Below are positions 1-11,850 of a DNA stretch of 64,000 bases, in pieces (the first letter of the stretch is position 1; each line of letters starts with the position of its first letter). Both the position numbers and the translations under genes were made by a program. Under the pieces are notes generated by a model that saw nothing but the letters and a program-made list of their open reading frames with translations, did not search any database and was not told the DNA's origin. Origin of the DNA: Lophium mytilinum (lineage: Eukaryota); assembly GCA_010093605.1 (NCBI GenBank), contig MU004181.1:62001-126000 (forward strand), given 5' to 3'.

Positions 1-232
1 TTCGCTTGAGAGCGGGATACAGTTGTGTTTGTCGGCTTTCGCTGGTCAATTCACGCCGGCAAGTCCTGCCCACAGACGCTAAACCCAACACGAAAATCCC
101 TTCCGCCAATTTAAGCCTCCATTTCCACGTCCTCACCAGCAGCTCCACCACAGCCTCTTGGACCTCTTCCACCACACGCATACTATATACACACACACAC
201 ACAACAACCTACACCTTATACAAAGCATCAGT

Positions 233-966
233 ATGGCGAACACCGCGGGACCAGCCAGTGGGGCGTAGTAAGTACGGCCGTTGAGACTCCCGTGACTGTA
301 GCTTACGATGTTGTAGCATGTTCAACAACAAGTGGCTGTCGGACGTCTTGCTTCGCGTCCACGGCACAGATGGGACAATCGTGGAGTTTCCCGCCCACCG
401 CGAGCGCCTCGTGACGAGGTCTGCGTATTTCATGAAAATGTTCAACGAGAATAGCTTCAAGGTACGTGCCCCACTCCACAACAACCACGTGTTTGGCTTA
501 CAAGGACCCCTAGGAGGCCAAAGAGAAGGTCGTCGATCTCAAGGATGTCGACCTGAAGCATTTCGAGATCGCCCTGTACTGGATGTACACGAAAGAGGAA
601 CGCGACGTAGAGGACGAGACCGTTGCCGAGCTCCTAGAGAACGTCGTCCTGCTTTACCATATAGCAGATTTTTACATCATCCCCAGCCTCCTCCAACACT
701 GCGTCGACCGATTTCGCGACGGGGCGATGCAGAACTTCGATTCCAAGAGCGACGAGTTCCGGGCCGCGCTGCTCGACGCAGCTGACCTCTACTACAAGAC
801 GTGCGCCGAGACGGAGTCTTCGCTAGGACGATGCGTGGTGAAGTTGGTACAGAAGGTCAAGTGGACGAAGGACGACAATGTAGGAGACTTGCAAAAGATG
901 CTGAAGAAGCACCCACTCTTCGCCCTGGACTACGCCCTGGAGACGACCCGCCAGAACTCGGTGTAG
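233..966 (+). CDS. BTB/POZ-domain protein (3 exons: 233-267, 317-461, 514-966)
   Basis: Splicing GTAAGT..TAG (268-316) and GTACGT..TAG (462-513) joins the ORFs in frame. Fungal BTB motifs: WLSDVLLRV..FPAHR..L..RSAYF..MF, then EIALYWMYT, LYHIADFY.IPSL and C-terminal KHPLFA. Confidence 0.88.
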
Positions 967-1129
967 GGAGGGGGGGGGGGGGGTGGGGCAAGCTCGGCGT
1001 GCCGGCCTACTGTTCGAAACGTACGATAGGGCAGAAGATGCGGGCATAGATAGAGGTTTGCATTGGGTTAATACAGTCACTGCCTGGTATTGCAAGTCTT
1101 CACAATTCCAGGACCTTTGTTCGTGCCCT

Positions 1130-2050
1130 TGATCTTGCCGCTATTCATTGCTCTAATTGACCAACCCTTTGATATACTGATCCGCCCCTACATATATCAA
1201 GCATTCCGTTGATGAAATACGTCGGCAACTGCTCTAATCTATGCTGTCTAAACTTACACCTCCCATATAGCTTCTATTTGTTCATGCACTCTATTTCGCT
1301 CCTTTTTCTATCCCTCCTTGCACACCTCCATAACTTGCTAATCCGCCCCTTACTGTGTCAAGTGTATAGCGAGTAGAATGCGTCTGCAACTGCCCTAATC
1401 TGCGATGTTCGAACGCCTACATCTTATATCGCTTTCGTTTTTATAGGCATTCTATATCCTATTTAATTCGTTTCTTCTTTGCAACCCTCTATAACATGGT
1501 GATCCGCCCCTGACTATATTAAATCTGTAGTGCGTAAAACACGTCGGCAACTGCTCTAATCTGTAACCTCCAACATCTTCTCTTTTCTATAGATTATGTT
1601 TGTGTATTCACCTTACTTTGCAGCAAATCCCAGCTTGTTTACAGCCGTTCTTAAGATAGTAAACCGCTCCTGACCATATCACTCGGCACTTGGTTGGATT
1701 CGCTGAATACTACTCTAAATTGCGTTCTCAAGAACTCAACACTCTATATAGCCCTCTTTAGCTTGGACGCTCTGTTTTGCTAATAGTCCTAGGTCTCGCT
1801 GCAATCTTCTTTGGTATAGTCAACCGCCCCTAACCACACTCACTTCTTAATTGCAATAAAAGGTTGGTGACGGCTCCAATCTACACTCTCCGAATTTCAA
1901 CGCTCTATATAGCCTTCATCAGCTCATAGCTTCTATATTAGAATTGATGCCAGCCTTGCTTGCAGCCCTCTCTAATACGCCAAAGCCCCCTTCCCATATC
2001 GCTTCCCCAGGCTGCTAAATACGCAGAGCAATGACCCATCCTGCGCCCTC
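1130..2050. repeat. Degenerate tandem repeat, ~160-bp unit, ~6 copies
   Basis: A TCCGCCCC-like anchor recurs at 1181, 1342, 1503, 1663, 1823 and 1983 (spacing 161,161,160,160,160). It is followed by GGCAACTGCTCTAATCT-like and CTCTATATAG-like blocks. Confidence 0.85.
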
Positions 2051-2169
2051 AACACTCTTTCTTCTTATTTGACTTCGGGTGAAATGACCAAGGCACCTCC
2101 GAAGACCGCGAGTTGAATGCTATGACGTAGGCATTCGTTTTGCCATCGTTGGTAGAAAAGATTTCCACA

Positions 2170-2760
2170 ACAACAACACCGTTTGAGGTATCTCCATGAG
2201 TATGAAGAATATTAGTCAAAGAAAAGGCTGAGCTTGATGACTTTAGTTGAGAGTGTAGATTTCCAGGAAGATAACACCGTCTGAGTTGCCTCGATAGGTA
2301 TGGTAAAAGTTGGGCAAAGAGAAAGCTGACCGTAGTGATAATACTCAAGAGAGTGAGTTTCCATTTGCATGACACCGTTCGAGGTGCCCTGATAGGTTTA
2401 ACGAGAATTGGTCAAAGGTAGAGTTGAGCACCGCAAAGATATCATCATTTGGGGTAACTCGGTCAGTATGGAAGAAGTCAGCCAAAGTTACGACGAAGCA
2501 TGTTAACCGTTATGGAGGTAGTGAGTTCACATACAGATTGTGCCGTCTGAGGTATTTCGATGGGCATGACGGAGATTGGGTAGAGGAAGTTAGCTACAGG
2601 GACGATCATCTGAAGTCGTGAATTTTCATGCATATCACACTGTCTGGGGTACCTCGATAAAGATGGCAGGTATGTTTCAAAGGCAAAGTTGAACATAGAA
2701 AGATCTGAACGGCCAGGCCGAATCGACATGCCATCCAAACAGTGCCAGAGGCACAGGTTG
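2170..2760 (+). repeat. Degenerate tandem repeat, ~97-bp unit, core ACACCGTCTGAGGTACCTCGAT
   Basis: The core recurs at about 2177, 2275, 2372, 2444, 2540 and 2638 (spacing about 97,97,72,97,97). The sequence between cores also aligns loosely. Confidence 0.8.
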
Positions 2761-3013
2761 TAGAGGTAATTCTCTCTTAGGTGGAGCTTTGAATGAGATC
2801 TCGATGACGTTATTCACAGTCCGCATTTTTGGACTGCAAAAGCTAAAGATTCACCACATATACGCTAGTTGTACTATATAAACTCTGCCGAATCAATCAT
2901 TACGCTGCTGTGTCACCCTTTCCCTACCCACAACACCAACTACCACCACCAGTCTAAATATCCTTCAATAGCTACAGACCTCTCAAAACCGGATAGGTAT
3001 TCCTTTAGATAGA

Positions 3014-3827
3014 ATGGCGGAGTCTGTGAAAATGGCGGAGTAAGTCAGATGCTTCGACTCGAGCTATGTATACTGCTAACATTCCAATTAGCATGTACAA
3101 CAAAAGCTGGCTCTCGGACGTAAAGCTCCGTGTACATAACAAAAATGGCCAACTCAGGGAACTATCAGGGCATCGGATTGTGCTAGTGACGAGCTCTCCT
3201 TACTTCAGAAACATGTTCAAAGAAGATCGCTTTCTAGTACGTACTCCATCTCTCTCACGTTCGACAAGACTAATGCAATGAAACTAGGAGGGAAAGGAAG
3301 GCACGAAGTCCATTGATCTGAATGACGACGACCTGCACTACCTCACCATTGCCCTTCGGTATATCTATGAGAAGGCCCCCTACGAGACGACATATCTCGA
3401 CAACGCCGCTGACCGCCTCATTCACCACATCCGTATCCACCAAATCGCAGACAAGTACGACATCCCTTCCCTCCGCGCTGAGTGCTCGAACGCGTTCACC
3501 CGAACAGCTCTCTCTATGTCTGATAACTGGCGCTTCCATCACTTCACCTCGGCTACCTCAAGTGTGGCTTCATCAGCGCACTCTTCAGAGGGAAAAGACG
3601 AATTCACTATCGAGCAAGTTCGAGATGGGCTCCTCACAGCGATTGACGAGTTCTACTCGAACAACGCCGAGAAGAACACTTTACTTGGACGAGCGATCGC
3701 CTTGGCGGCATTGCAGATGAGATCTCGATCGCACAACAAGCCGCTTGATGATATGATCATGAAGCATCCGATTTTTGCGGTGGACTGGGCGTTGGAAGTT
3801 TCGGAGGGTTGTTGGCTGCTGCAGTAA
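3014..3827 (+). CDS. BTB/POZ-domain protein, paralog of 233-966 (exons 3014-3039, 3092-3236, 3288-3827)
   Basis: Same two intron positions and phases as the first BTB gene. Motifs WLSDVKLRV..GHRIVL..SSPYF..MF, IALRYIYE, IADKYDIPSL and KHPIFA. Confidence 0.88.
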
Positions 3828-3919
3828 CGGAGACAGAATATAACTGACATCTTTTCTGGATGTCAAACCCGCACGCCCACATTCGGGCTACAGTCTTTTA
3901 AATCTGTCTCATTTCGAAT

Positions 3920-4556
3920 TGGCCTACTGGTCTACATCAAACGCTAGCAGCCAGTGTCCAGAAGGATGGAGAGATCCCCTCAATAAGAAACGTGACTACG
4001 GTCATATCTACGGCATCTCTTATAAGAATTGACATATAGTAGAATGAAAGCTCTGCGAAAGACTTCTGAACTCTCTCATAGCAGTGCTTGGGGTGTACCT
4101 GTGGGCTTTCAATCCTCCACTTACGATGCCAAGGTCGACGCAGTGGAAATGAGGCTGCCTTGGGATTAGACAAATATGTGCTTGCTGGGTTGCCCTTCAC
4201 GGTGGTGGTGAGCGATCAAGACTGATAGTGGGAGATTCATATGTCTAGGTACCCATCCTTATGTCCTGCCATAACATTGCTGTCGGCTTCCTTAACGAGC
4301 TACTCGTTAGCTGTGTATAACGGAGAAGCAAAGGGCGTTGCTACCATAAGACCCCCTACAAATGCGGGTTCAAAGAATTCAGACTTTGTGGCGAGGATGC
4401 TGCGATGAGCTGGATGTCCGGTGGTGTTGCCATCGGCGTCGTAGACTCGGAGAGTAACATCGGAGAGCCGAGCGTCGCTGAGCAGACTAGAAAAAACGTG
4501 AGTAGTGTGACTTGCCCGTAGCGGGAGTAGTAGACTTACTCAGAAATCGTCAGCAT
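3920..4556 (-). pseudogene. Third BTB/POZ paralog, degenerate in its last exon
   Basis: ATG at 4556, phase-2 intron GTAAGT(4539)..TAG(4487), then LLSDARLSDVTLRVYDADGNTTGHPAHRSILATKSEFFEPAF. After a second intron at the conserved site the frame reads EADSNV.. and hits TGA within about 18 codons; later similarity is scattered across frames. Confidence 0.75.
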
Positions 4557-5236
4557 GGTTGCGTGCGTTGCCGTCAACCATGAAAGTCTTGAGATGGCCG
4601 GACTCGTGCACGAGAACGATGCGGAACCGGTCGGGGTTGTGGATTACTTTTGTTGTAAGAAAAAAGATAGGCCCAGATAGAAGAATTCAAAGCCAACAAG
4701 GCAAAAAAAGATTGCCTCGTAAGGACTTTAAGCGGACACCGCTGCGGGGTTCGAACCCCTGCTCCAGTGGTGCAATGGAAGCATATAGTGAAGACTGACA
4801 AGGTGTTAGCGAAGTTCCTTAACCACCCTCACCGTGAACAGGTGAGGGCGAAAGACGGTCGAACTTACAAGAAATATATACGTTGGAAGGTGCAAGAATT
4901 GGGCTCGCAAACGGCTTGCAAATCTAGAACATGCAAAGCCGAACACGCCTACTTTACCCCGAAGATCAAGCTTCAAGTCAAATGCCACTGCTCGCGAATG
5001 GCACATGAGATCTAAATATCCAGCCTTGGAGCTCGAATCAGATGCAGATTTTTCGAAGCTTCACTTGACATGGAGGGTGCGTAGCATCTCATCTGTCCTC
5101 TAAACGCTCTGCGAAGGGCTTCAATCGCTAGCTCCGGTTTTCCAAAGATGACCCGTTGAGAATCCGAAGTTTGGTTTTTGCAGGATGTGGCTCTTGATAT
5201 GCCTCGTCTTCCTAAACCCCTGATCAGTTTCCGTTA

Positions 5237-5900
5237 TGCTCATTGAGATGCCTCAGACGGCGTCAAGCGTGCAGCAATGATTTAGTCAGTGCTTCCTGAA
5301 TTCCTATTTACGTTGACGGACAAGCGTTTTGAACGATGCCAGAGTTCCCACTGTATAGGGCGCTCTATATTAGCTTCACCTTTGATGGATTACTCATGTG
5401 CTCATTAAGCCACCTCATACAATGTTAACCGCACAGCATATGATTACTCAAAGACTGCAATTCAGGCGTCTTGCCACACGCGTTTGATCAATATTTACCC
5501 TGCTCATTAGGGTACCTCAGACGGTAACAATTGTGTAGCAAATGTGTAGATCAAGATTGACAACTCGATCTCCATGCCAATAGACATGCACTCCAAATTC
5601 TTGACAGTTCGAAGGCTTTATATTAGATTTACGTTTGATCGATATTCACTCTGCTCACTAAAGGTGTCCCAGACGGTATCAGCCATGCAATAGATGCATA
5701 GTTAAATTTCCCAGTTTGACCTCTATGTCAACGGAGATACAGTCCAGGGTCTCAACTGCTCTAACTCTTTATATCAGATTCACCTTTAATCATTAGTCTC
5801 TCTAATCATAGGGGTACCTCAGACGGTATCAACTATACAGCACCTACCAGGCCAAACGATGTCAAACTACTCTCTATGTTAATCAAGATGCCATTCAGAG
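5237..5900 (-). repeat. Degenerate tandem repeat, ~150-bp unit, same core as the 97-bp array but inverted
   Basis: TGCTCATTAGGGTACCTCAGACGGTATCAA-like motif with CCTCAGACGG at about 5251, 5413, 5515, 5667 and 5817. Confidence 0.8.
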
Positions 5901-7450
5901 TCGTAGCTGCTCTGGAAATGGATATATTGACATAGCTTCCGCGATTGACAGGTGGTGTTCCGAGTTGAACAGCCCACACAGCCGATATCACATTGCGTTC
6001 TTTGTGCTCCACTTGGGGACTCGGGAGCTGCGTGCTCTTTAACATATGCACATGACTGAAGTCTATCCTCATTGCCTCTACGGGTACACGGCCAGATCAA
6101 TTAGATATGGTACCATCATCTGGGATCGTTCCCAAATTTGAGCTTTGGAAGACATCATCTCTTCGCGTCCTCCGTGACATAATCGATGGCCCCTTGGCCC
6201 GGAAGCGTGTCTTGAAAAGCACGAGTAATTTGGAGTTGAGTATTCGATTTCCTTGAAGGATACTGAACTCTAACGAATGACACTGTCTCGTTAGGATTTG
6301 GATGCTACAATGGTCACACTCGCGTAGAGGAATCTGATTTTCGTAACCTTGAAGGTGATGAAAGTACGGTTGCCGTATGTATTATATGCTGGCGACGTTG
6401 TATGCGGTTGAGTCCCACTAGCGTGAGGAGTAGCCTAGCATAGGGGTCACAGCCTAGGTTAGCCATTACCGTCTGCTATCCCGAGCAGCAGTAGAGCCTC
6501 CAATCTACATTTCAGGGGGGTCCAGTAAGCTGCCTGTCCCAGCTCGATTGAAGGCTGGGTTTGTTGCATTATGACAAGCACCTACCGCAAAATAATGCGA
6601 GGAGCAAACAGAGCCACTTGCGTACATAATGGGGCGGTCCATCAATGTTCAGTTGCTGCAGCCTGCCATGCAACTAAAAATGCTAAGAAACATTTTGAAG
6701 GATTAATTCATAATTCTGGGAACTCTTTAAATCTTCATTTGTCTCATCTCACGACCCTTCCTTTATCTAACCGGAAGAGAATAGATCAATCTTCTTTTAG
6801 GGATTTCGCGGAAGAGCTGCCCATCCGTCTTATTAATCCTGGCTTGACACGGGTACTGCAATCAATATCTACCTCTTGAGAAACCCCGGTCCGTAATGCC
6901 ACGCATCGTGGTCAAGCTATAACACACATTGGAGGAGTTATTTATAGTATCTCCCTAGCTCTTAGGCTCCACGGGAGCTACAGAGGAACGGAAAATCTCA
7001 GATGGTAGTCGACTTCAGCAAAATCGTTGCGTCGTTGTATCCAGAAGCGGATATGTTGCCGCAACAGGGTGACATCTCTAACCAGTTGGGCGCCGGAGTG
7101 GTCAGATCCTCGTCAATGGATGTGAGAAAGCTGTTATTCCAGCAACGCCTCGAGGAGCGCAACTGGTGGAACTACCGGTTTCAGTAGATGCAAGAGTGAA
7201 TGCTGCAGTTGAAACTCGTTGCAGATGCCTTCTAAGTACATTCATTGCATTAGTCTCAAGTAAGCTTTTGCGCGGGTGATTCATAGCCTTTGCCGCAGTC
7301 ACCGGCGAGAATATATGCTGGTGCAAGTATATATTCCAGCATCAAGGCCCTCGATTTCCATCATCCACCACGACCGCAATCAATCACCCCACCACCCACA
7401 CCCTGTCTCAACTTTCAACATTGTCCGAATTTGTCGCCATACATTCAAAG

Positions 7451-8677
7451 ATGTCCAGCATGGCAACCACCCAGCCTAGCCGCCTTGTCGAGCTTCTTGC
7501 AAACCCGGACAATGGCTACGAAATCTTCAAGTCTATAGCTCGCCAGCTATCGCCCATGGACCTAATTCATCTTCGCCAAACCTCGCGTGGCCTCCATTCA
7601 GCATACGATACCGCGGTGAAAACACAATGGGGCATCAACAGGGCTCTACAGAAGTTTGTTAAAGACCCGAAAGCGTTTCGCAACAAGATGGGCCAAATGT
7701 CGAGCGTCATTTCAGGGGAGTTTGCCTTAAGGTTCTTCGACCGTTGGGCCCCCGGCAACGTCCTCGATTTATGGACGCCTAAGGAGTCCGAAGGCTCGCG
7801 GATGAAGATTTGGTTGATAGAAGAGGGGTACGAGGCAGATATGAACCCGCTAGCCGTGGGAAAGACCCCCGAATGGGGCGTCTTTGACACGACATATACT
7901 CGGCCAAATTTTGAGGGCAACGGTCCTGAAATCCACCTGCACGAGTGCACCAACCACCCAATTGTGGACATCCTCCGCGGCTATCAGGAATGCACCGCCT
8001 TAGCCAACATCATCACGTCGACTACAGCATACGCCCCTTTCGCGCATCTTACGTTCCGGACTTTTCGGTCTTACATGCACTCCGCACGCTATACCGATCC
8101 TCCCCTCCCGTCAGGCATCTCGAAGACCACACCCGGCTTCCTCAGTATCGGTACCAAGTCCGGCCGGGTGAACACGAACGTTAGTTTCGTCGAGGCGCGG
8201 CGCTTGAGCCCGTATCAGGGCACTGGGCCCGAGCTGCGGTCGCTCAACGACGGCCAGACGTGGGCGATTTCCCTTGACCGCGAGGGTATCCAGGAGCCAT
8301 TCGTGCCTAACTTCGTTGTGAATGCGAGCGAGTTTGACGTGGGAATCCAGTGGGTCCACAGGCACTACGAGGCGTACGCTGTGAACACGGACGGGTATAA
8401 GAGTGCTGGGCTGCGCCACGAGTGGGTTGTCGTGTGGGACACGAAGGTTAAGGAAATGATTCAGCACCTGCAGGCGTGCCAGTTGTTGGACTTCTTCCAG
8501 CGGGTCTCAGAGCAAACGCTGGAGGATCACAGCGTTGAGGAGCTTTTGGCCTCTGAGTCCATCCGTGGCAGCGGCGACGAGTTGGTCGAGACTCGGTCAA
8601 CGTTTGATGAGATGGTGCCAATTTGGTATAAGGAGTGGGACGAAGCTCATACTCGGAAGAAGAACGCGCAGTGGTAG
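7451..8677 (+). CDS. F-box-like + nucleotidyltransferase-like family protein, copy 1 (intronless)
   Basis: Long ORF with IFKSIARQLSPMDLIHLRQTSRGL (F-box-like), QWGINRALQKF, VISGEFALRFFDR..LDL, TALANIITSTTAYAPFA and LNDGQTW, all shared with the 30-46 kb array. Confidence 0.85.
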   Translation: MSSMATTQPSRLVELLANPDNGYEIFKSIARQLSPMDLIHLRQTSRGLHSAYDTAVKTQWGINRALQKFVKDPKAFRNKMGQMSSVISGEFALRFFDRWAPGNVLDLWTPKESEGSRMKIWLIEEGYEADMNPLAVGKTPEWGVFDTTYTRPNFEGNGPEIHLHECTNHPIVDILRGYQECTALANIITSTTAYAPFAHLTFRTFRSYMHSARYTDPPLPSGISKTTPGFLSIGTKSGRVNTNVSFVEARRLSPYQGTGPELRSLNDGQTWAISLDREGIQEPFVPNFVVNASEFDVGIQWVHRHYEAYAVNTDGYKSAGLRHEWVVVWDTKVKEMIQHLQACQLLDFFQRVSEQTLEDHSVEELLASESIRGSGDELVETRSTFDEMVPIWYKEWDEAHTRKKNAQW

Positions 8678-9343
8678 GGCAGTTTTGTCCCAATTTGGAC
8701 GATGGAGGATACTCGTTGCGTCTTACTATTCATTCTGACGAGAGGTATGATGATGGCACTCAATCTGGCAGGACTCTCTTGATTCTTTGGCCACGGTTGA
8801 CTATCCTAGGTGGGGCCTCGGGCTCTGAATGGATAGTTCAATTGCTTGCTTCGAGAGACCAGTATCTTTTCATTCCTTCTATTCCACAATTCTTTGCACA
8901 ATGTTGATCGAGATAAGCAGCATATATCGCGCTCTCCTTTAGTTTGACTGCAAAGATACCAATCCTCCAGATGATTGATACCGTCTGAGTTGGCCTAGCA
9001 GGAGGATCCAGAATAAGAAGCAAAGTGAAATGCCAACGCTCGCGAATTGCACATGAATTCTTGATATCCATTCAATGCCAAATCTTCAGAGTGAAGGTGT
9101 GATAGCAAGAGCACCAAGTGCACTTTGCGTGTAGTGCTCATAACCGAAGACTCCAGTAGGGAATGCTCACTGCCACGGGAAAACTGGACTGACAATGGCT
9201 CGCTTCCTTCACCATTTACCTTCACCCTGTTGTCATTTACCCTTTATAAACAGGAGTAGACAGCCATTCTGATTTCTCTCCAGCACAACGCTCATTCACA
9301 ACCCGCTCCTCAAGTCACCATTTCCAACCCTTCGACCGACATC

Positions 9344-10033
9344 ATGTCCATCCCACAGCGAAACGTACGCCTCAACGCCCAAACCGTGGGACCGATCCGC
9401 TTCCGCCTCCCTCGCCTCCCAAACACCTCCACCACCCCCTACGAGCAGCACGAGGAGAGACAGCGCGTGCGTGTGGCACAACGAGCAGCATTTAGAATGA
9501 GAATCGAGTCGATGGAACACTTCGTGAGAGACGACGAGGACCACTTCCGCACCCTCGGCGTCCGCTACTTCGCCACGACACCCGAAGCCCGCGACCGAGC
9601 CTTCACCACCCTCCGCCCCGACTTCCGCCCCTTTGAGGCCCCCCTAGAGCGCCATGACGAGGAGGAAGGCGAACTCTTCACACCCGCCCGCCTCGCCCGC
9701 CAGTTCTTCGCGTCTGCTCGTGCTGCTTGGCCGGAACCGCGCGCTCTCAACATCCTCCGCTGGGCCCAGTTCTCCCAACAGAAGTTCAACAAGCAAATGG
9801 CGCGGTTGGAACGCTTGGTAGTCGCACTTGAGACAATTGATATCCTGATGGGGCACGCCGACGCTGACCATCTCCGCATAATCGAGGACTGGGAGGAGGA
9901 GGGTGTGTGGGTGGATGAGCGGGTGTGGGCGTGGGTCTGGAGCTTGCCGGAGACGGCACAGCAGATGCGGTTGGGGCTCAGTATGGAGCGGATCGTTACG
10001 AACCTGTTCGCAGGGGTGGAGGAAGAGGAGTAG
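9344..10033 (+). CDS. Hypothetical protein, 229 aa
   Basis: Clean ORF with biased codon usage and TATAAA near 9245. A degenerate paralog at about 22 kb supports it being a real gene. Confidence 0.75.
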   Translation: MSIPQRNVRLNAQTVGPIRFRLPRLPNTSTTPYEQHEERQRVRVAQRAAFRMRIESMEHFVRDDEDHFRTLGVRYFATTPEARDRAFTTLRPDFRPFEAPLERHDEEEGELFTPARLARQFFASARAAWPEPRALNILRWAQFSQQKFNKQMARLERLVVALETIDILMGHADADHLRIIEDWEEEGVWVDERVWAWVWSLPETAQQMRLGLSMERIVTNLFAGVEEEE

Positions 10034-10181
10034 TGGTGTTGGTGGGAAGTGGTGGGCCCGGGAGTGGCTAGATAGATGATTACGAAGGCACAGAGTAGCT
10101 GTAGCTCTGGCGCCGATTGGACGGCATGTTGGGAGCCGTAGATAGATATTTGACCGTCTTGACTGAGTAATTGCAGCATGT

Positions 10182-10400
10182 TTGATACCGTCTGAGTTAC
10201 CTTAATGCGTGGAGAGAATATTGTTCAATGGCGAACCTGATATGAAGGCTTTGAGCAAATATAACTCTAGATAGGATCTTACTTCATATACAGAGCGATT
10301 TGACATGCTATAGCTAAGTAGTTGCTGCACACCCGATACTGTCTGAGGTACCTTAATGCGTAGAGAGGATGTTAATCAAACATATGACTAATATGTATGC
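10182..10400 (+). repeat. Two further ~152-bp units of the CCGTCTGAGGTACC satellite
   Basis: TTGATACCGTCTGAGTTACCTTAATGCGTGGAGAG at 10182 and CGATACTGTCTGAGGTACCTTAATGCGTAGAGAG at about 10334; both align with the reverse complement of the 5.2-5.9 kb units. Confidence 0.75.
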
Positions 10401-10581
10401 TGGGAGCATGTCGTCGTAGATAAATTCATTCCCCCGCTTTTGCACCTATATATACCACCACCAGACACCCCTTCCCAGCCCATCCACCATCCCCGCCCCA
10501 CCATCCCAACCCCTCGCGCTCGCAAATTGGTCCCATCATCGCATCCATATCTCATATCTCGTCTCCCCGGTGCAAATCCCT

Positions 10582-11850
10582 CTAAGCACAGCTGCTCCCC
10601 ACATAGATGGAGTTCGCATAAAGCGCATACGAATCCGCATTATCCACCGCCTGGCTGCTGCTCAACGCCGTGCTCGCACTAAACCCATACGCATTATCAT
10701 CCGTGCCGGGGCTGTACACGCCCGGCGCATGGGTGCTCTCATGCAGAATGGTCGTCGCAATATCCTGCGCATGGCAGGTGCCGCTCAGCACCGGCAGATC
10801 GCTAAAGCTCAACGGGCAGTAGACGATGTAGTTCTCGCTGGGGATAGTGTACGCGAGCACATCCGATTCGCAGCCGTCATCCGTATCCGTGCAGTGCGTC
10901 TCTGTCGCGCCGGACGTCGTGCTGCCGCACTCAGTGGCGACGGCCTTTAGACGGGCGGCGACGGTGGACTTAACGCTCGACGAGGTGGACTTAAAGTAGG
11001 TGCTCATCTTGGTCCCGGCGGAGGCGGCGGTGGCGGCGGCGTTCGCGAGCTTTTTGCAGTCGGCGAGGGCGGTCTTCAAGGTGCTGAGCTTGGAGCCGGT
11101 GCAGTCGCTGGCGACGTAGGTGCGCTTGCGGAGCTTCTTGGCGACTTTGGCGGCTTTGGCGCCGTCGACGTTGAGGGAGAGCTTGTTCGAGCTGTAAGCG
11201 ATGGAGCCGGCTAGAGCGGTGGAGCCCGGCTCGGCGTAGGAGATTGCGCCGGCGGCGAAGACGTCGTAGACGCCTGAGGTGGTTAGGGTGTGCAAGGAGG
11301 CGGCTTCGACGGTGAGTTCTTTGGTTTCGCCGGCGGCGAGGGTCGTGAAGCTGTCGGTCGAGAGAGAGCTGGTTTTCAGGCGGAGTTTCATGCCTTCGAA
11401 GGGGACTTCGGTGTCTGGGGAGAATTGTTAGCATTTTGACCCAATCAGATAGTTCTTTGGTCGAAGCTGGAGGATGATGCTTGTGGTGTATGGTCAGGGG
11501 AGGTGATATGATGCTTGAATGTCCGTGGATGAAGCCTGTCAGGTGCCAAGACCTGCATGAACCCCCTGTTTCAAGTCCCAGTCCAATCATATAAAGACAA
11601 AACGAAACTAAAACTTACTGGCCGAGAAAACCTTGAGCTTCTGTACCGGTTGCACCTCATCCAAGAACGTTCCTTTGCTCAGGAGGTTAAGCTCAGTGGA
11701 ACCAGTGTTGGTAACCGCGACCTTGACCTCGGTGTTGCCCACAGCGGACAGCTCGACACTCAAAGGCGAGGCTCTTTTGTTGACATCGATAGCCGTGGCA
11801 CTGGCAAGCGCCACAAAGGCTGCCATGGAAAGCTGCGTGAGGGTCTTCAT
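10582..11850 (-). CDS. Deuterolysin / neutral protease 2-like metalloprotease (peptidase M35); exons 11850-11619 and 11414-10582
   Basis: Signal peptide MKTLTQLSMAAFVALASA, a prodomain ending at KR, HEXXH motif (LHESTHA), GTDD and DNADSYALYAN. Intron GTAAGT..CTAAC..CAG. Confidence 0.95.

Noticed and set aside
967..988. Poly-G run after the BTB stop codon (possible G-quadruplex)
   Set aside because: Simple homopolymer with no support for function; such runs are error-prone in assemblies.
2170..2760. CRISPR-like repeat-spacer appearance
   Set aside because: The apparent spacers align with each other, the repeats are degenerate, there are no cas genes and the DNA is eukaryotic; it is a minisatellite.
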